This document shows positions 18,242-27,858 of a DNA stretch of 64,000 bases, piece by piece. This stretch comes from a virus. Lineage: Duplodnaviria; Caudoviricetes. The first letter of the stretch is position 1, and each line of letters begins with the position of its first letter. The notes beneath the pieces were generated by a model. It had not been told where the DNA came from, searched no databases, and was given only the letters and a program-made list of their open reading frames with translations. The stretch lies in the IMG/VR virus record IMGVR_UViG_3300020047_009529, positions 2,948 to 66,947 of that record; one strand, given 5' to 3'. A program made the position numbers and the translations under genes.

Positions 18242-18943
18242 ATGTTTCCAATCAATCAACTTGTACCAATGGGTAGTGTACTCGCACTACCTAACAAAGT
18301 AGTTACACGTCTGCGTTCTACTGGTTCAGGGGTAAGTGAATCAAACAAGTTTACTACCATTTTACGTGGTGTAAATTGCAGTTATACTGAATCCCTGTTT
18401 GCTGCTGAAATTAAAAATGAGTTGTGTTCAATTGATCGCAAATTTGCTGAAATTGATTACAACTATCGTCAATTGCTGCCTTACGTAGTTTTTGTTTGTA
18501 CAACTACTCGACGTGTATTGAATTACAAACGTGGTAAAGCAGGTAGTGAATCTCGCTTGCATGATCTACGTTCTGTTGGCTTTGGTGGGCATATTGATAG
18601 TCAATTAGACTATTACAGTGAAGCACATTACCGCTACCAATTTGATAAACTCATTTTTGACAATATCAAACGTGAAGTTCAAGAAGAATTGGGATGGGAT
18701 ACTATTGAACCAAGTATCAAACAATTTGAGGGCTTACTCATTAGCAACAACCCTGATCCAAAAGAGGTAGGTCACTATCATTTGGGTATGTTGTTTATCA
18801 TCCAAGTTGATAGCCGCTTTGCTATTCAACCTGAAGTAGGTAATGTTGAGTTGCCTGAATGGGTATCTATTGGTGAGTTGGATCAACTCAATCTTGAGCC
18901 TTGGTCACATGCAGTCAAACCTGTGCTTAACAAATACCTTTAA
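18242..18943 (+). CDS. Nudix (MutT-like) hydrolase, COG4112-type
   Basis: GFGGHID...KREVQEELG split Nudix box, HLG, LEPWS. Confidence 0.82.
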   Translation: MFPINQLVPMGSVLALPNKVVTRLRSTGSGVSESNKFTTILRGVNCSYTESLFAAEIKNELCSIDRKFAEIDYNYRQLLPYVVFVCTTTRRVLNYKRGKAGSESRLHDLRSVGFGGHIDSQLDYYSEAHYRYQFDKLIFDNIKREVQEELGWDTIEPSIKQFEGLLISNNPDPKEVGHYHLGMLFIIQVDSRFAIQPEVGNVELPEWVSIGELDQLNLEPWSHAVKPVLNKYL

Positions 18944-18951
18944 CCATTTAC

Positions 18952-18977
18952 AAGCCCCTTAAATGGGGCTTTCTTTT
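18952..18977 (+). terminator. Rho-independent terminator
   Basis: AAGCCCC...GGGGCTT then TCTTTT. Confidence 0.75.
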
Positions 18978-18988
18978 AGGAGTTTACC

Positions 18989-19201
18989 ATGCTTACTAAA
19001 ACATTCATTGTGTATACAGTCACAGGTACTATTCTCTTAGAAATACCGCAAAAATCAAAAAGTGAATTCCAGAATTTTATTAAAGGTATGCCAAAAGCAC
19101 CATTTCACTTAATAGATGTCTGTGAAGATGTTAATGATCCAAGTTATGCAAAAGCAGATGCATATCTTTTCAACCTTCATTTATTTGCTTTAGGAGAATA
19201 A
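18989..19201 (+). CDS. Hypothetical protein
   Basis: AGGAG RBS. Confidence 0.65.
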   Translation: MLTKTFIVYTVTGTILLEIPQKSKSEFQNFIKGMPKAPFHLIDVCEDVNDPSYAKADAYLFNLHLFALGE

Positions 19202-19203
19202 TC

Positions 19204-19956
19204 ATGGAAACTAAACGTATTAAAACTTTCTATCGTGTAGAATATGACGGAGTATTGAAACCATTGAATCGTTATCCTAATGGTACAATTACACCTTTAA
19301 CTATTCCACATGACCTCTTTCATCATTTTCCAAATGATACAGGTTTAGTTGAAGATGAATTAAGGGCTTTTGGTGCATTGATTTATATATCAGATAATAA
19401 CTTTTTATCTTTGAATTTAAGACAATACGATTACTTAAATATTGTAGAAGACATTACTAATTTATTTACTTATAAACATCCCCGTAATATTGCACATTGT
19501 AAAAAGTCTGCAAACATTACCCAATCTGAAGATAAACGAATTATCAATAACATAAAAGATAAACTTTTAAGTTTTGATAGTGATTATTACTTTGCTGAGT
19601 TTGGTGATGTAATGCCATCGCATTTACAAGTATTAAATGTTATTCGTTGGATATGTAAAGGATACAACGAAGCAAAAAGACGTTATATTGGTATTAACCA
19701 ATCAGACTTATCTAATTATTATTATTCAATATTACAAGAGCTTCAGAGCTTTAAAGTTAATTATGGTTATGTATATGTTGATGTAGACATCAGTATTGGT
19801 AAACTGCAAATAGAAAAATTAGGTTATTTAACTTTTGCTGAATATGATGGAGATAAATCTAAATATGTTATTGGTTTTGAAGAAGACCCGACATTCTATG
19901 TCGGTACTTGCAATGAACGCTTTAAGAAACTCTGTAAGCAATTGGAGATTTGGTAA
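19204..19956 (+). CDS. Hypothetical protein with HDxxH...E motif
   Basis: IPHDLFHHF...EDELRAFGA; AGGAG RBS. Confidence 0.7.
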   Translation: METKRIKTFYRVEYDGVLKPLNRYPNGTITPLTIPHDLFHHFPNDTGLVEDELRAFGALIYISDNNFLSLNLRQYDYLNIVEDITNLFTYKHPRNIAHCKKSANITQSEDKRIINNIKDKLLSFDSDYYFAEFGDVMPSHLQVLNVIRWICKGYNEAKRRYIGINQSDLSNYYYSILQELQSFKVNYGYVYVDVDISIGKLQIEKLGYLTFAEYDGDKSKYVIGFEEDPTFYVGTCNERFKKLCKQLEIW

Positions 19957-20183
19957 TGCCTGTATATGTCATTTATGCCCAAGACCTATTGGGTGTTCAG
20001 TACCAAGATGTTATTACAGCTCAGGATGACATCCATGCGCTTGAGTGCCTTGATAAAGCTTACACTCCTGAAGAATCTACAACTAAACGTGGGTTCTTTC
20101 TACTGTCTAAGTTTGATGAAGACCTCACAGAAGCTAATGTATGGATAGAGCGTCACTTGAACCAAGGAGATAGAGATGATTAA
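19956..20183 (+). CDS. Hypothetical protein
   Basis: GGAG RBS; start overlaps the previous stop. Confidence 0.65.
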   Translation: MPVYVIYAQDLLGVQYQDVITAQDDIHALECLDKAYTPEESTTKRGFFLLSKFDEDLTEANVWIERHLNQGDRDD

Positions 20184-20457
20184 GGTACTACGTCTAAATC
20201 TTGAAGATATGCGACAGCATGGGCTTCTTGTTGATCGGGGGTACAATCTAAAGCAGAACCAAGAAAGTAAGCGTACAGCTTGGTTATTGGCCTACAGTCA
20301 ACCCTTATTCAATCTACATAAGGCTATTGCCAATAGCCCTATGCAAGAAGCCACTGACAATACAGTCACTATCACTGCACCTGTAGACACTGTACTTCAG
20401 ATTGGTGCTTTGCTTGAGCAATACAAACTTTTCTTTGGAGATTTACCAAATGACTAA
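20176..20457 (+). CDS. Hypothetical protein
   Basis: AGGAG RBS. Confidence 0.65.
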   Translation: MIKVLRLNLEDMRQHGLLVDRGYNLKQNQESKRTAWLLAYSQPLFNLHKAIANSPMQEATDNTVTITAPVDTVLQIGALLEQYKLFFGDLPND

Positions 20458-20668
20458 CCCCATTGCAACATTGTGGAATATCACCCAAGAGCTGTCTTTT
20501 AAGAAACAGAGACAGCAACGTGAGTTAAAACGTCAACAAGAGATTCGAGAGATTGAGCAGTTTCTCGAACAGTCACCCAATGTAACACCTGATGATTATG
20601 CTTTGTGGATTCACAAAAATCGTCAACAGTTTATTGAATTGCTCAACAAACAAGTAGTGAGTGATTAA
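20450..20668 (+). CDS. Hypothetical coiled-coil protein
   Basis: GGAG RBS, ATG 20450. Confidence 0.65.
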   Translation: MTNPIATLWNITQELSFKKQRQQRELKRQQEIREIEQFLEQSPNVTPDDYALWIHKNRQQFIELLNKQVVSD

Positions 20669-20707
20669 CATGCGTCAAATGCCTTTCTCAAGTACGGAGT
20701 ACCGTTT

Positions 20708-21322
20708 ATGAATCCTAAGTTTGTTGTTGTTGAAGGTGTAGATTACTCAGGTAAGTCTACTTTTGTGGATAAGCTTAAACGTGCATTACAGGCTAAAGGA
20801 TATAAAGTAGCTATCTTTGCTGCACCATCTAAGTACGGTAATGAAGGGGTACTACGTCAATACATCATTGGTAATCCCGATTTATCGGATTACAGTTTGA
20901 TGTGTTTGATGGCTGCTTCTATGGCTCAAACTCAAGCACAAATTCAAGAGTGTTTAGACAATGGCTTCATTGTTATTTGTGATCGTTGGTATTACTCAAT
21001 GTGGGCATACCAAGTAGAGCCTAACGGGCATTTGTGGGAATTGTATTTCAAATTGATTGAGCAATTGCTACAACCTGATTTACTAATTACTTTGGATGTT
21101 GACTATGAGCAATACAAAGTACGTATGGAGAATCGTAAAGACCAAAATCACTTAGACACATTGGATCAAGCTGTATTTCATCAACGGCGTAATAGTTATT
21201 TGAATTATCTATGGCAAGGTAAATATGTTAATAAGGCACTTGCTTCTAAAGTTGCACCAATTTCAAGTGGATTTAAATCTGAAGAGATGTTTTTTCAATA
21301 TTGTTTAGATTACTTTGCATAA
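20708..21322 (+). CDS. tmk: Thymidylate (dTMP) kinase
   Basis: VVVEGVDYSGKST P-loop, ICDRWYYSMWAYQ, PDLLITLDV. Confidence 0.92.
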   Translation: MNPKFVVVEGVDYSGKSTFVDKLKRALQAKGYKVAIFAAPSKYGNEGVLRQYIIGNPDLSDYSLMCLMAASMAQTQAQIQECLDNGFIVICDRWYYSMWAYQVEPNGHLWELYFKLIEQLLQPDLLITLDVDYEQYKVRMENRKDQNHLDTLDQAVFHQRRNSYLNYLWQGKYVNKALASKVAPISSGFKSEEMFFQYCLDYFA

Positions 21323-21351
21323 AAAACTCCCCCGTAATGGGGGAGTAATTT
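21321..21351. terminator. Bidirectional terminator between converging units
   Basis: ACTCCCCC-GTAAT-GGGGGAGT preceded by an A run. Confidence 0.8.
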
Positions 21352-21352
21352 G

Positions 21353-22588
21353 TTAGGAAACCATTGAGTTAAATTCATCACTCAATGTACGCAGCAAAGG
21401 CTTGAAGGCTTCTGCAATTGCAATAGTACATGCTTCATTGAAATGCAAACCATCTGCTGTACAGTTAGGTTTCCAAAAATCAATTTGGTCTGGGTCACGA
21501 CATACAGAATCTATATCAACAATACCATGTACCTTTTTACTGGTATACAAATCCCACAGATAACGGTTGACTTGACCACGTAAACCTTGATCAGCATAAC
21601 CTGCTACTACTGTCTGATTTTCTACCGTTGTCCAACCATTAGTTGAAGTGGTATATGGTGCAATAGTACCAACCAGAATAATCAAGTTGTGAATATTGGC
21701 ATGTAAGATAGCTTCTTCAAAAGAAGCCTTGATCTGATCAAATGTACGACCACTACTAATGTCATTAGTCCCTAGAGACAATAATATACATTGAGCATAC
21801 GGGAATGTTGCATACCGTGAAAACGCTTCATCAACATCATAAGTCGTTGCTACATCACCTGACTTAGATAAGTTACTAAATGGAATAGCCCGACCATTAC
21901 CATCCACATTAAAGCAAGCACGTTCAAAATAACCAATACCCCCTGATGTATTAGCTGTACTATCACCACTACCTGCTGTACGACTATCACCCCAACCAAG
22001 AATACTAAACGTAGGCTTAGCAGGTGTGCCTACAATAGCTAAAGGAAATAGACCCAAGGTAGTAGCTGTACCACTGCTTACATCTGCTGTACTAAAGATA
22101 GCACTCAAGCCGTTAGTGCTACTCAGTTTAACATTCTTATATGAGCGGCTAATACTAGCTGCTACTGATGTACCTGCTGTGATCACTGCACCCGTCTTCA
22201 CTTTGATCTCAGTGTTGGCAGGGATATATACCCCAACAGGGTTACTACGTAAGATAGTGACCGCAGGATCAAAAGTAGTAGTGGTAGTGCCATTGAAAGA
22301 AACAGGGCAGAATTGGTTGTTATATACAAGTGAAGCTTGAAGCTGACACTGAGATACAGACAGACTTGAGTCTTCACCCTCACGGGAACGGAAGCTTGCA
22401 TAGAGTACTCGTAGATTAGTACAAGCTACATTAGGACTCATTACATACAAATGGTTTTCTAACCGTGTATGCGTACCTGTAGCACCTGATTGGATCAAGG
22501 TAGGAAAGCAACCATTGGTAGTCACCAACTGCTCTTTACGAGTATATGCACTACTATGCAATACAGATTTGAAGCCTTGGGTTTTCAT
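21353..22588 (-). CDS. SGNH/GDSL esterase, probable tailspike/receptor-binding deacetylase
   Basis: GWGDSRTAG (block I Ser), SKSG (II), LGTND (III), DGLHFN (V); beta-rich N-terminal half; last gene of the tail operon. Confidence 0.8.
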   Translation of the reverse strand: MKTQGFKSVLHSSAYTRKEQLVTTNGCFPTLIQSGATGTHTRLENHLYVMSPNVACTNLRVLYASFRSREGEDSSLSVSQCQLQASLVYNNQFCPVSFNGTTTTTFDPAVTILRSNPVGVYIPANTEIKVKTGAVITAGTSVAASISRSYKNVKLSSTNGLSAIFSTADVSSGTATTLGLFPLAIVGTPAKPTFSILGWGDSRTAGSGDSTANTSGGIGYFERACFNVDGNGRAIPFSNLSKSGDVATTYDVDEAFSRYATFPYAQCILLSLGTNDISSGRTFDQIKASFEEAILHANIHNLIILVGTIAPYTTSTNGWTTVENQTVVAGYADQGLRGQVNRYLWDLYTSKKVHGIVDIDSVCRDPDQIDFWKPNCTADGLHFNEACTIAIAEAFKPLLRTLSDEFNSMVS

Positions 22589-22599
22589 AGAAAAAATCC

Positions 22600-23166
22600 T
22601 TACATCACAAGAAATTGATAACGGTATTGCAGATTCATACCAATCTGCCTTAACCGCCGATTAGGTGGTAGAGTATCTAAGATATGCTCTACAAGAAAGC
22701 GTTCTCTCTGATACCGAACACACAACTGATCATTGCTAATGTACGCTAATACAATGTCATTTACAGCACTGCTTATTGCCCTTGGATCATCAAGATTGAC
22801 ACAAGGAGTTACTGCATTAGGAATGTGAGTAACGGTGAATGCACCTAACACACTGTCGAACCAATAAAGATAGGCATCATCCCCAAGTGAGTAGCAAACA
22901 CTAGGCCGCATGTTTTGATCAAAAGCAAATCCTATATAACGAGCATTCATTACGGAAGTAATGGTACTCTTTGCTTCTGGATCACTTACTTTAAATAGCT
23001 GAATTGCTCCTGTTAATTTGTCGTAGTAACAAGACCATAATTCAGTGAAGCCATTACTACTAGGTGTAGCAATGGCTGAAGTACCTAATTCATAGTCTAC
23101 ATAACCACTATTACGTATAGGTGTGATAAATCCCACTTGTAATATGTCAGTGATTTCGGGAATCAT
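22600..23166 (-). CDS. Tail-fibre component (phiKMV gp41-like)
   Basis: FAFDQNMRP, LDDPRA, GMNLQYRYQF resemble remembered phiKMV-type tail-tip motifs (FDQNM, LDD.R, GM..NWRFQ). Confidence 0.6.
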   Translation of the reverse strand: MIPEITDILQVGFITPIRNSGYVDYELGTSAIATPSSNGFTELWSCYYDKLTGAIQLFKVSDPEAKSTITSVMNARYIGFAFDQNMRPSVCYSLGDDAYLYWFDSVLGAFTVTHIPNAVTPCVNLDDPRAISSAVNDIVLAYISNDQLCVRYQRERFLVEHILDTLPPNRRLRQIGMNLQYRYQFLVM

Positions 23167-24104
23167 GGCGTGTAGTTACTCCAAGTCATGGTTACTGCAT
23201 AAGTCAACTCTTGGCTATTGTTTTTACTAATTGTGTTATCCAATTCCCATTGGATACCTACACAACCTATATGCAATATGCAATTGTGAAGCCACACATA
23301 AAAACTTTTATGTGCGATAGTATTTCCATAATCTAATTCAAATTTAAATACAGCTTTAACACTTTTAGTTGTTGGATAAGTATATGTGGTAGTATAGTCC
23401 CTTGTAAAATTTTGAGTGCCTGTTGGACTGTTTGTAATAGTAGCACCCATTGAACCAGAATAAACATATAACTGAGTCTGCGATCCACCGATTATAACAG
23501 CACCTGTATATAAGGTAGTGTTGCTAGGGGATGCAAAATAAGGCTTACCGCTTACAGTATGTGTACTGATAGTATTGCCTAGTTTATCTTTTAAGGCAAA
23601 ACTACCTGAAATAGTACTAGGTAGATACACACGTAATTCAACAATAACATCTAAGTACTCATCAGCGAGTTTAGTGATAGTGACTGGACTACCCCCTAAA
23701 TCTTTAACTAAGGCACGATTCCAAAGATTGGTGTTTGACCAACCTAACCCTACTTCAGAAATGTTGCCTGTACCTACGCCAGGGTCAAACCGCCATGTCT
23801 GACGTTGCCACGCATAGTAAGGGGCTGTTGTTGTTTGCACACCGCTTGCTCGACTAGCACTGACAGGGGAAGTCACAGACGCTAAAAAAGAATCTAAACT
23901 TGTCTGTGTGGCTACAGGTGTAGAGTTGCCTGTACCAATATTACATTGACTAATATATGCCCCTACAGACATACGATCTAAGCCTGTATTAAGTACAATA
24001 TTTTTAAACTCACCCGTATCTTGTACAGGTTGTGTTAAATCACCCTTGTGAGTGACCATTTTAAATATTGCACCGACTTGAGCATTCACATTGACAGAAA
24101 TCAT
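23163..24104 (-). CDS. Tail-fibre component (phiKMV gp40-like)
   Basis: N..LN.GL, IGTGNSTP..TQTSL, GNISEVGL, RALVKD..GSPVTITKLADEYLDV; start ATG 24104 after GAGG. Confidence 0.62.
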   Translation of the reverse strand: MISVNVNAQVGAIFKMVTHKGDLTQPVQDTGEFKNIVLNTGLDRMSVGAYISQCNIGTGNSTPVATQTSLDSFLASVTSPVSASRASGVQTTTAPYYAWQRQTWRFDPGVGTGNISEVGLGWSNTNLWNRALVKDLGGSPVTITKLADEYLDVIVELRVYLPSTISGSFALKDKLGNTISTHTVSGKPYFASPSNTTLYTGAVIIGGSQTQLYVYSGSMGATITNSPTGTQNFTRDYTTTYTYPTTKSVKAVFKFELDYGNTIAHKSFYVWLHNCILHIGCVGIQWELDNTISKNNSQELTYAVTMTWSNYTP

Positions 24105-24111
24105 CACTACC

Positions 24112-24558
24112 TCACACGGTAAACACAGCATCATTGAAAAAGAATCCAACATCAATTTGGCTATCTGAATAGCTATTGATTTTGGCATTAGACAGTACAC
24201 CATCCCCAAAACTAAACACTACATTAGTGTTTTCATCATTGTAACCTTTAAGCATCAACTCTTTTAAGACTGCATCTTCAAATCCTACACTAACAATTAT
24301 ATTATTTATTTCTAAATTATATGTAGTAGTAATACTTCTTAAATTTGAATCATCAAAACTAAACCCATTGATAAAAGATTCATTTAATGTTTGTTCATAT
24401 TTAGTATTACGCAATACAGCATCTTCAAAAGAAATACCTACATAAGTAGAGTCGGTATAAAAATAAGGAAACATACCAGTAACGTACCAATACTTTTTCC
24501 TTACATCAGAAGAAATGTTAATAATGTGTAGGGGTCTACGTAATGGATATGTTGCCAT
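24112..24558 (-). CDS. Putative tail-module structural protein
   Basis: Internally repetitive (VGISFEDAVL / VGFEDAVL / FSFGDGVL / FFFNDAVF); position in the tail operon. Confidence 0.55.
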   Translation of the reverse strand: MATYPLRRPLHIINISSDVRKKYWYVTGMFPYFYTDSTYVGISFEDAVLRNTKYEQTLNESFINGFSFDDSNLRSITTTYNLEINNIIVSVGFEDAVLKELMLKGYNDENTNVVFSFGDGVLSNAKINSYSDSQIDVGFFFNDAVFTV

Positions 24559-24561
24559 AAG

Positions 24562-25017
24562 TTACTCCGTAATATCTGAAAGGTTATACGGATAAAACTC
24601 ACCCATTAAAGTTACGGCAACTGCATAACAAGTAGTACTTAGTTCTTGTATTTTTAATTGCAATAAATCATTAAAATTAAATACTACTTCACTATCAATG
24701 TTAGGTATTGATACTTCCATTACACTACTATTAATTGTTAATGTACCAACAACATTTCCATTCTTTAAAATTTGAATTAAACAAGATGAATCATCACTAA
24801 CTACCCCACGGTGAAATAGATTAGATGATTTAATTACAAATTTACGTGCTGTTGCATATCCACCAATAATTAAATCCACAAAAGGATCATTAGTACTTGC
24901 AACAAGCTCTGTTACTCGTAAACGGTCTGAGTTATCAGGATGTCGAATCATACCCCCAAGCGGTACAAGAACACCTAACTCACCACGATCAAACAGTACA
25001 CCAATTGCCTCACTCAT
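24562..25017 (-). CDS. Putative tail-module structural protein
   Basis: ATG 25017 after GAGGGAG; beta-rich. Confidence 0.55.
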   Translation of the reverse strand: MSEAIGVLFDRGELGVLVPLGGMIRHPDNSDRLRVTELVASTNDPFVDLIIGGYATARKFVIKSSNLFHRGVVSDDSSCLIQILKNGNVVGTLTINSSVMEVSIPNIDSEVVFNFNDLLQLKIQELSTTCYAVAVTLMGEFYPYNLSDITE

Positions 25018-25378
25018 TTGGATTACTCCCTCGAATGATTTGAATCTTAACATGTGGTAATGTCATAACTGAATCATCAGCCTGTACTTGAAGAATAATA
25101 TAGGCTTCAGTAGTAGGCCACTCAACCATTGAACCAATAAGATCTAGAGTACACCATCCTGCATTCTCTACTTGGTTCAAATAGGGTGTACACGTCAGTT
25201 GACCAATAACATTACCTACAGCATCTTTAATAATACCTGTAATAGTAATATCTTGATCAATGAATACACCTCGCTCACTTTCAATTGTTTCAGGATTCAA
25301 GTCATACAATTGTATGCTTAAATCAAATGTACCTTCTGTGTAGAATGGTGGAATAATCCCATAAATATCTTTATACAT
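25010..25378 (-). CDS. Putative tail-module (BppU N-domain-like) protein
   Basis: ATG 25378 after AAGGAG; LTC......GW...W pattern recalled from Acinetobacter phage tail proteins. Confidence 0.5.
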   Translation of the reverse strand: MYKDIYGIIPPFYTEGTFDLSIQLYDLNPETIESERGVFIDQDITITGIIKDAVGNVIGQLTCTPYLNQVENAGWCTLDLIGSMVEWPTTEAYIILQVQADDSVMTLPHVKIQIIRGSNPNE

Positions 25379-25928
25379 GGTTATGCTCCTTGTAATAAGT
25401 TTCAATTAAAACTTTAGCAACCCGTTTAGCTACTAACCATTTACGCGCTTTCCATGTTGCTAATTCACGGGGATTACTAATAAAGAATAATTCAAGGATG
25501 ATTCCATTCCCATTACTAATAAATCCTAACCGTGAATGTTGTCCACTGTTTTCAGGTTTCCAACCAAGATCACCACGTAAAGAATTACCCATTTCAATTG
25601 CAACTGCTTGGCATAGCTGTTGTGAAATGCCTTTATGTTTAATAGCACTTAGTGCTTCTACACCAACAGCTTTTTCTGAAGCTGCCGCATTACAATGAAA
25701 CTCAACAGCAATACAACCTTTTTTAGCTAACTCAATAGCTTTACTTAAAGGTAAATTTTCAAGATCAGTACCATCACTCAAAAATGGTATATTTTCTTGA
25801 GTTAAGTAATGTGCCACCATGTTACGCATATCGCGTACTATGTCCGCTTCACGATCCTTTGTAACCGTATTTACAGCTCCTGAGTCAATTTCTGAATGAC
25901 CTGCTGTAATCACAATAGGCTTTGACAT
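25371..25928 (-). CDS. Endolysin, N-acetylmuramoyl-L-alanine amidase (Amidase_3)
   Basis: ITAGH, READ, VEFHCNA, GVE, ILELFFISN zinc-amidase motifs; start at MSKP. Confidence 0.92.
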   Translation of the reverse strand: MSKPIVITAGHSEIDSGAVNTVTKDREADIVRDMRNMVAHYLTQENIPFLSDGTDLENLPLSKAIELAKKGCIAVEFHCNAAASEKAVGVEALSAIKHKGISQQLCQAVAIEMGNSLRGDLGWKPENSGQHSRLGFISNGNGIILELFFISNPRELATWKARKWLVAKRVAKVLIETYYKEHNHV

Positions 25929-25952
25929 CTTGCAATCCTCAAACACTTTGAA

Positions 25953-25981
25953 AGATTGTATACCTCATTTTGCCTATTGAC
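25953..25981 (-). promoter_or_regulatory. Candidate sigma70 (late) promoter for the lysin/tail operon
   Basis: Minus strand ATGTCA-N17-TACAAT upstream of the amidase. Confidence 0.45.
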
Positions 25982-26011
25982 ATCCCCAACCTGAACCAAA
26001 GAGACAAGCTT

Positions 26012-26761
26012 ATGCAAATCATTACAGCTCCATCAGCCACCTATGTAGATCACATGGGTACTGATCAAGACATCGTTAAAGCAGCTCGTATGAGCTTTAG
26101 TGACTTTGATCAAGACCTGTCTGATCAAGGTGTTATGCGCTTATTGGCTTATCTTGCTCGTGGTATTCCTGCTAATGAATTTGAGTTATCCATTAAAAGC
26201 ATGATGGATGGTGTTCAAGATCGAGAAGCTGCTGTAAAGCTCTACAATGCTATTGCTAACCGCAAGAAGCATTGGACTCCCTTTGCACAGACTGCTATTA
26301 AGATTCGCTGTAAAGCACCTATTCCGCTTCGTACACAAGCGTTTAAACACAAGATTGGCTTTGTTGAGAATGAGGAATCTCGACGCTATATCACTACCGA
26401 ACCTGAAATTTATTTACCTGATTTCAAGGCCAAGCCTGAAGGCTCTATCAAGCAAGGGTCAGGTGCAGTACATCCATTTAATAAAGATATTCAATACGCG
26501 TATCAAAGTGTATGTGACACCGCTTTAAATGCGTATAACCGAATGCTTGAAATAGGGGTTTGTCCTGAACAAGCTCGCTTAGTACTTCCCCAAGGTGCAG
26601 TAGTCAATTGGGTATGGACAGGTAGTCTGTATGCTTACTTCAACTATGTGTCTACTCGTCTTGATGCCCATGCGCAGTCTGATGCTTACCCCATGGCTCA
26701 TGACATTGCTAAGATTTGCCAAGAACATTTTCCGATGGCTTGGGCTGCGTTGATCAACTAA
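26012..26761 (+). CDS. thyX: FAD-dependent thymidylate synthase
   Basis: MGTD..IVKAARMSF, HWTPF, FKHKIGFVENEESRRY, EQARLVLPQ. Confidence 0.92.
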   Translation: MQIITAPSATYVDHMGTDQDIVKAARMSFSDFDQDLSDQGVMRLLAYLARGIPANEFELSIKSMMDGVQDREAAVKLYNAIANRKKHWTPFAQTAIKIRCKAPIPLRTQAFKHKIGFVENEESRRYITTEPEIYLPDFKAKPEGSIKQGSGAVHPFNKDIQYAYQSVCDTALNAYNRMLEIGVCPEQARLVLPQGAVVNWVWTGSLYAYFNYVSTRLDAHAQSDAYPMAHDIAKICQEHFPMAWAALIN

Positions 26762-26823
26762 GCCGCTTGAGAAACACAAGGGCATGTGTCTATCATGCCC
26801 TTTCAACACAAGGGAGAGGGCGT

Positions 26824-27858
26824 ATGCCTTATTTATCGCAGATAGAGACACCTACAGACAGTCATGTCTACCAGTACCCAACGGCTGAATGGGTAGCTGA
26901 AGAGCAGATGGCTATCCAATGGGGAGCTAAAGAGTTAGGGGTTGAGAACGATGAGAACGATTTTCGTACTCGACTGAACCAAGGAGAAAAGTATGCAGTG
27001 CAGTACCTACAATCATTGCTTACTAAGTTTGAAACCTTCATTGGTGGTGAAGACTTGTGGGCATATCGTATTCCTAAGTTATTTCCTCGCCCTGAAATTC
27101 AACGTGCAGCATCTGTTATCAGTTGTATTGAAAATGATAGTCATGCCCCATTTTATATGCTTGCAAACCAAGTATTAAATTTGGACACTGATGAATTTTA
27201 TGCACAGTGGCGTAATGATCCTATCATTTCAAATGCAATTAATTATATTACTAAGGTATTAGAAGACACAGATGCCTTGGTAGTAACAGGGTTACTTGCA
27301 GGTCTTGAAGGTGTAAAACTATTTACTAATTTAGGATTCTTCAAATGCTTTAATACCCGTGGATTTAATTTAATTCCACACTTTGTATCAGGCATTGATG
27401 GATCAACCAAAGATGAAAACTTTCATAGTATGTTTTCTTCTTATTTATTTCGTCAATGTAAGTCTGAACGTGAACAGTTAAATAACCACGCTGAACCCCA
27501 AGAGATTGTACTCTCAGCTAAGATTACTGAGATATTTGAATCCTTGGTTCAATTTGAAAAGAATACAGCTAATCATATTTTTGATTACTCAGATTCATTA
27601 CCAGAAGATCAACGTATTCGTGTATGCACACGAAAAGAGTTGCATGACTTTACAGAAGATCGTGCCAACTTTGTTTTAGGTAACTTGGGCTATGAACCTA
27701 TGTTTGAACGTGAGAAAGGGGAAATTACTAATTTCCTTTATGCAAATCTTTCACGTTATAAGCATTCTGATTTTTTTGCTACTCAACAATTGCAGTATCG
27801 TCGCAATGTGAATGTTAGCAAATTAGCCTTTAACCCTAATGCGTTGGAATTACTATGA
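26824..27858 (+). CDS. nrdB: Ribonucleotide reductase class Ia beta subunit
   Basis: E...HAPFY, EGVKLF, KDENFH diiron ligands; adjacent to nrdA; start ATG 26824. Confidence 0.9.
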   Translation: MPYLSQIETPTDSHVYQYPTAEWVAEEQMAIQWGAKELGVENDENDFRTRLNQGEKYAVQYLQSLLTKFETFIGGEDLWAYRIPKLFPRPEIQRAASVISCIENDSHAPFYMLANQVLNLDTDEFYAQWRNDPIISNAINYITKVLEDTDALVVTGLLAGLEGVKLFTNLGFFKCFNTRGFNLIPHFVSGIDGSTKDENFHSMFSSYLFRQCKSEREQLNNHAEPQEIVLSAKITEIFESLVQFEKNTANHIFDYSDSLPEDQRIRVCTRKELHDFTEDRANFVLGNLGYEPMFEREKGEITNFLYANLSRYKHSDFFATQQLQYRRNVNVSKLAFNPNALELL

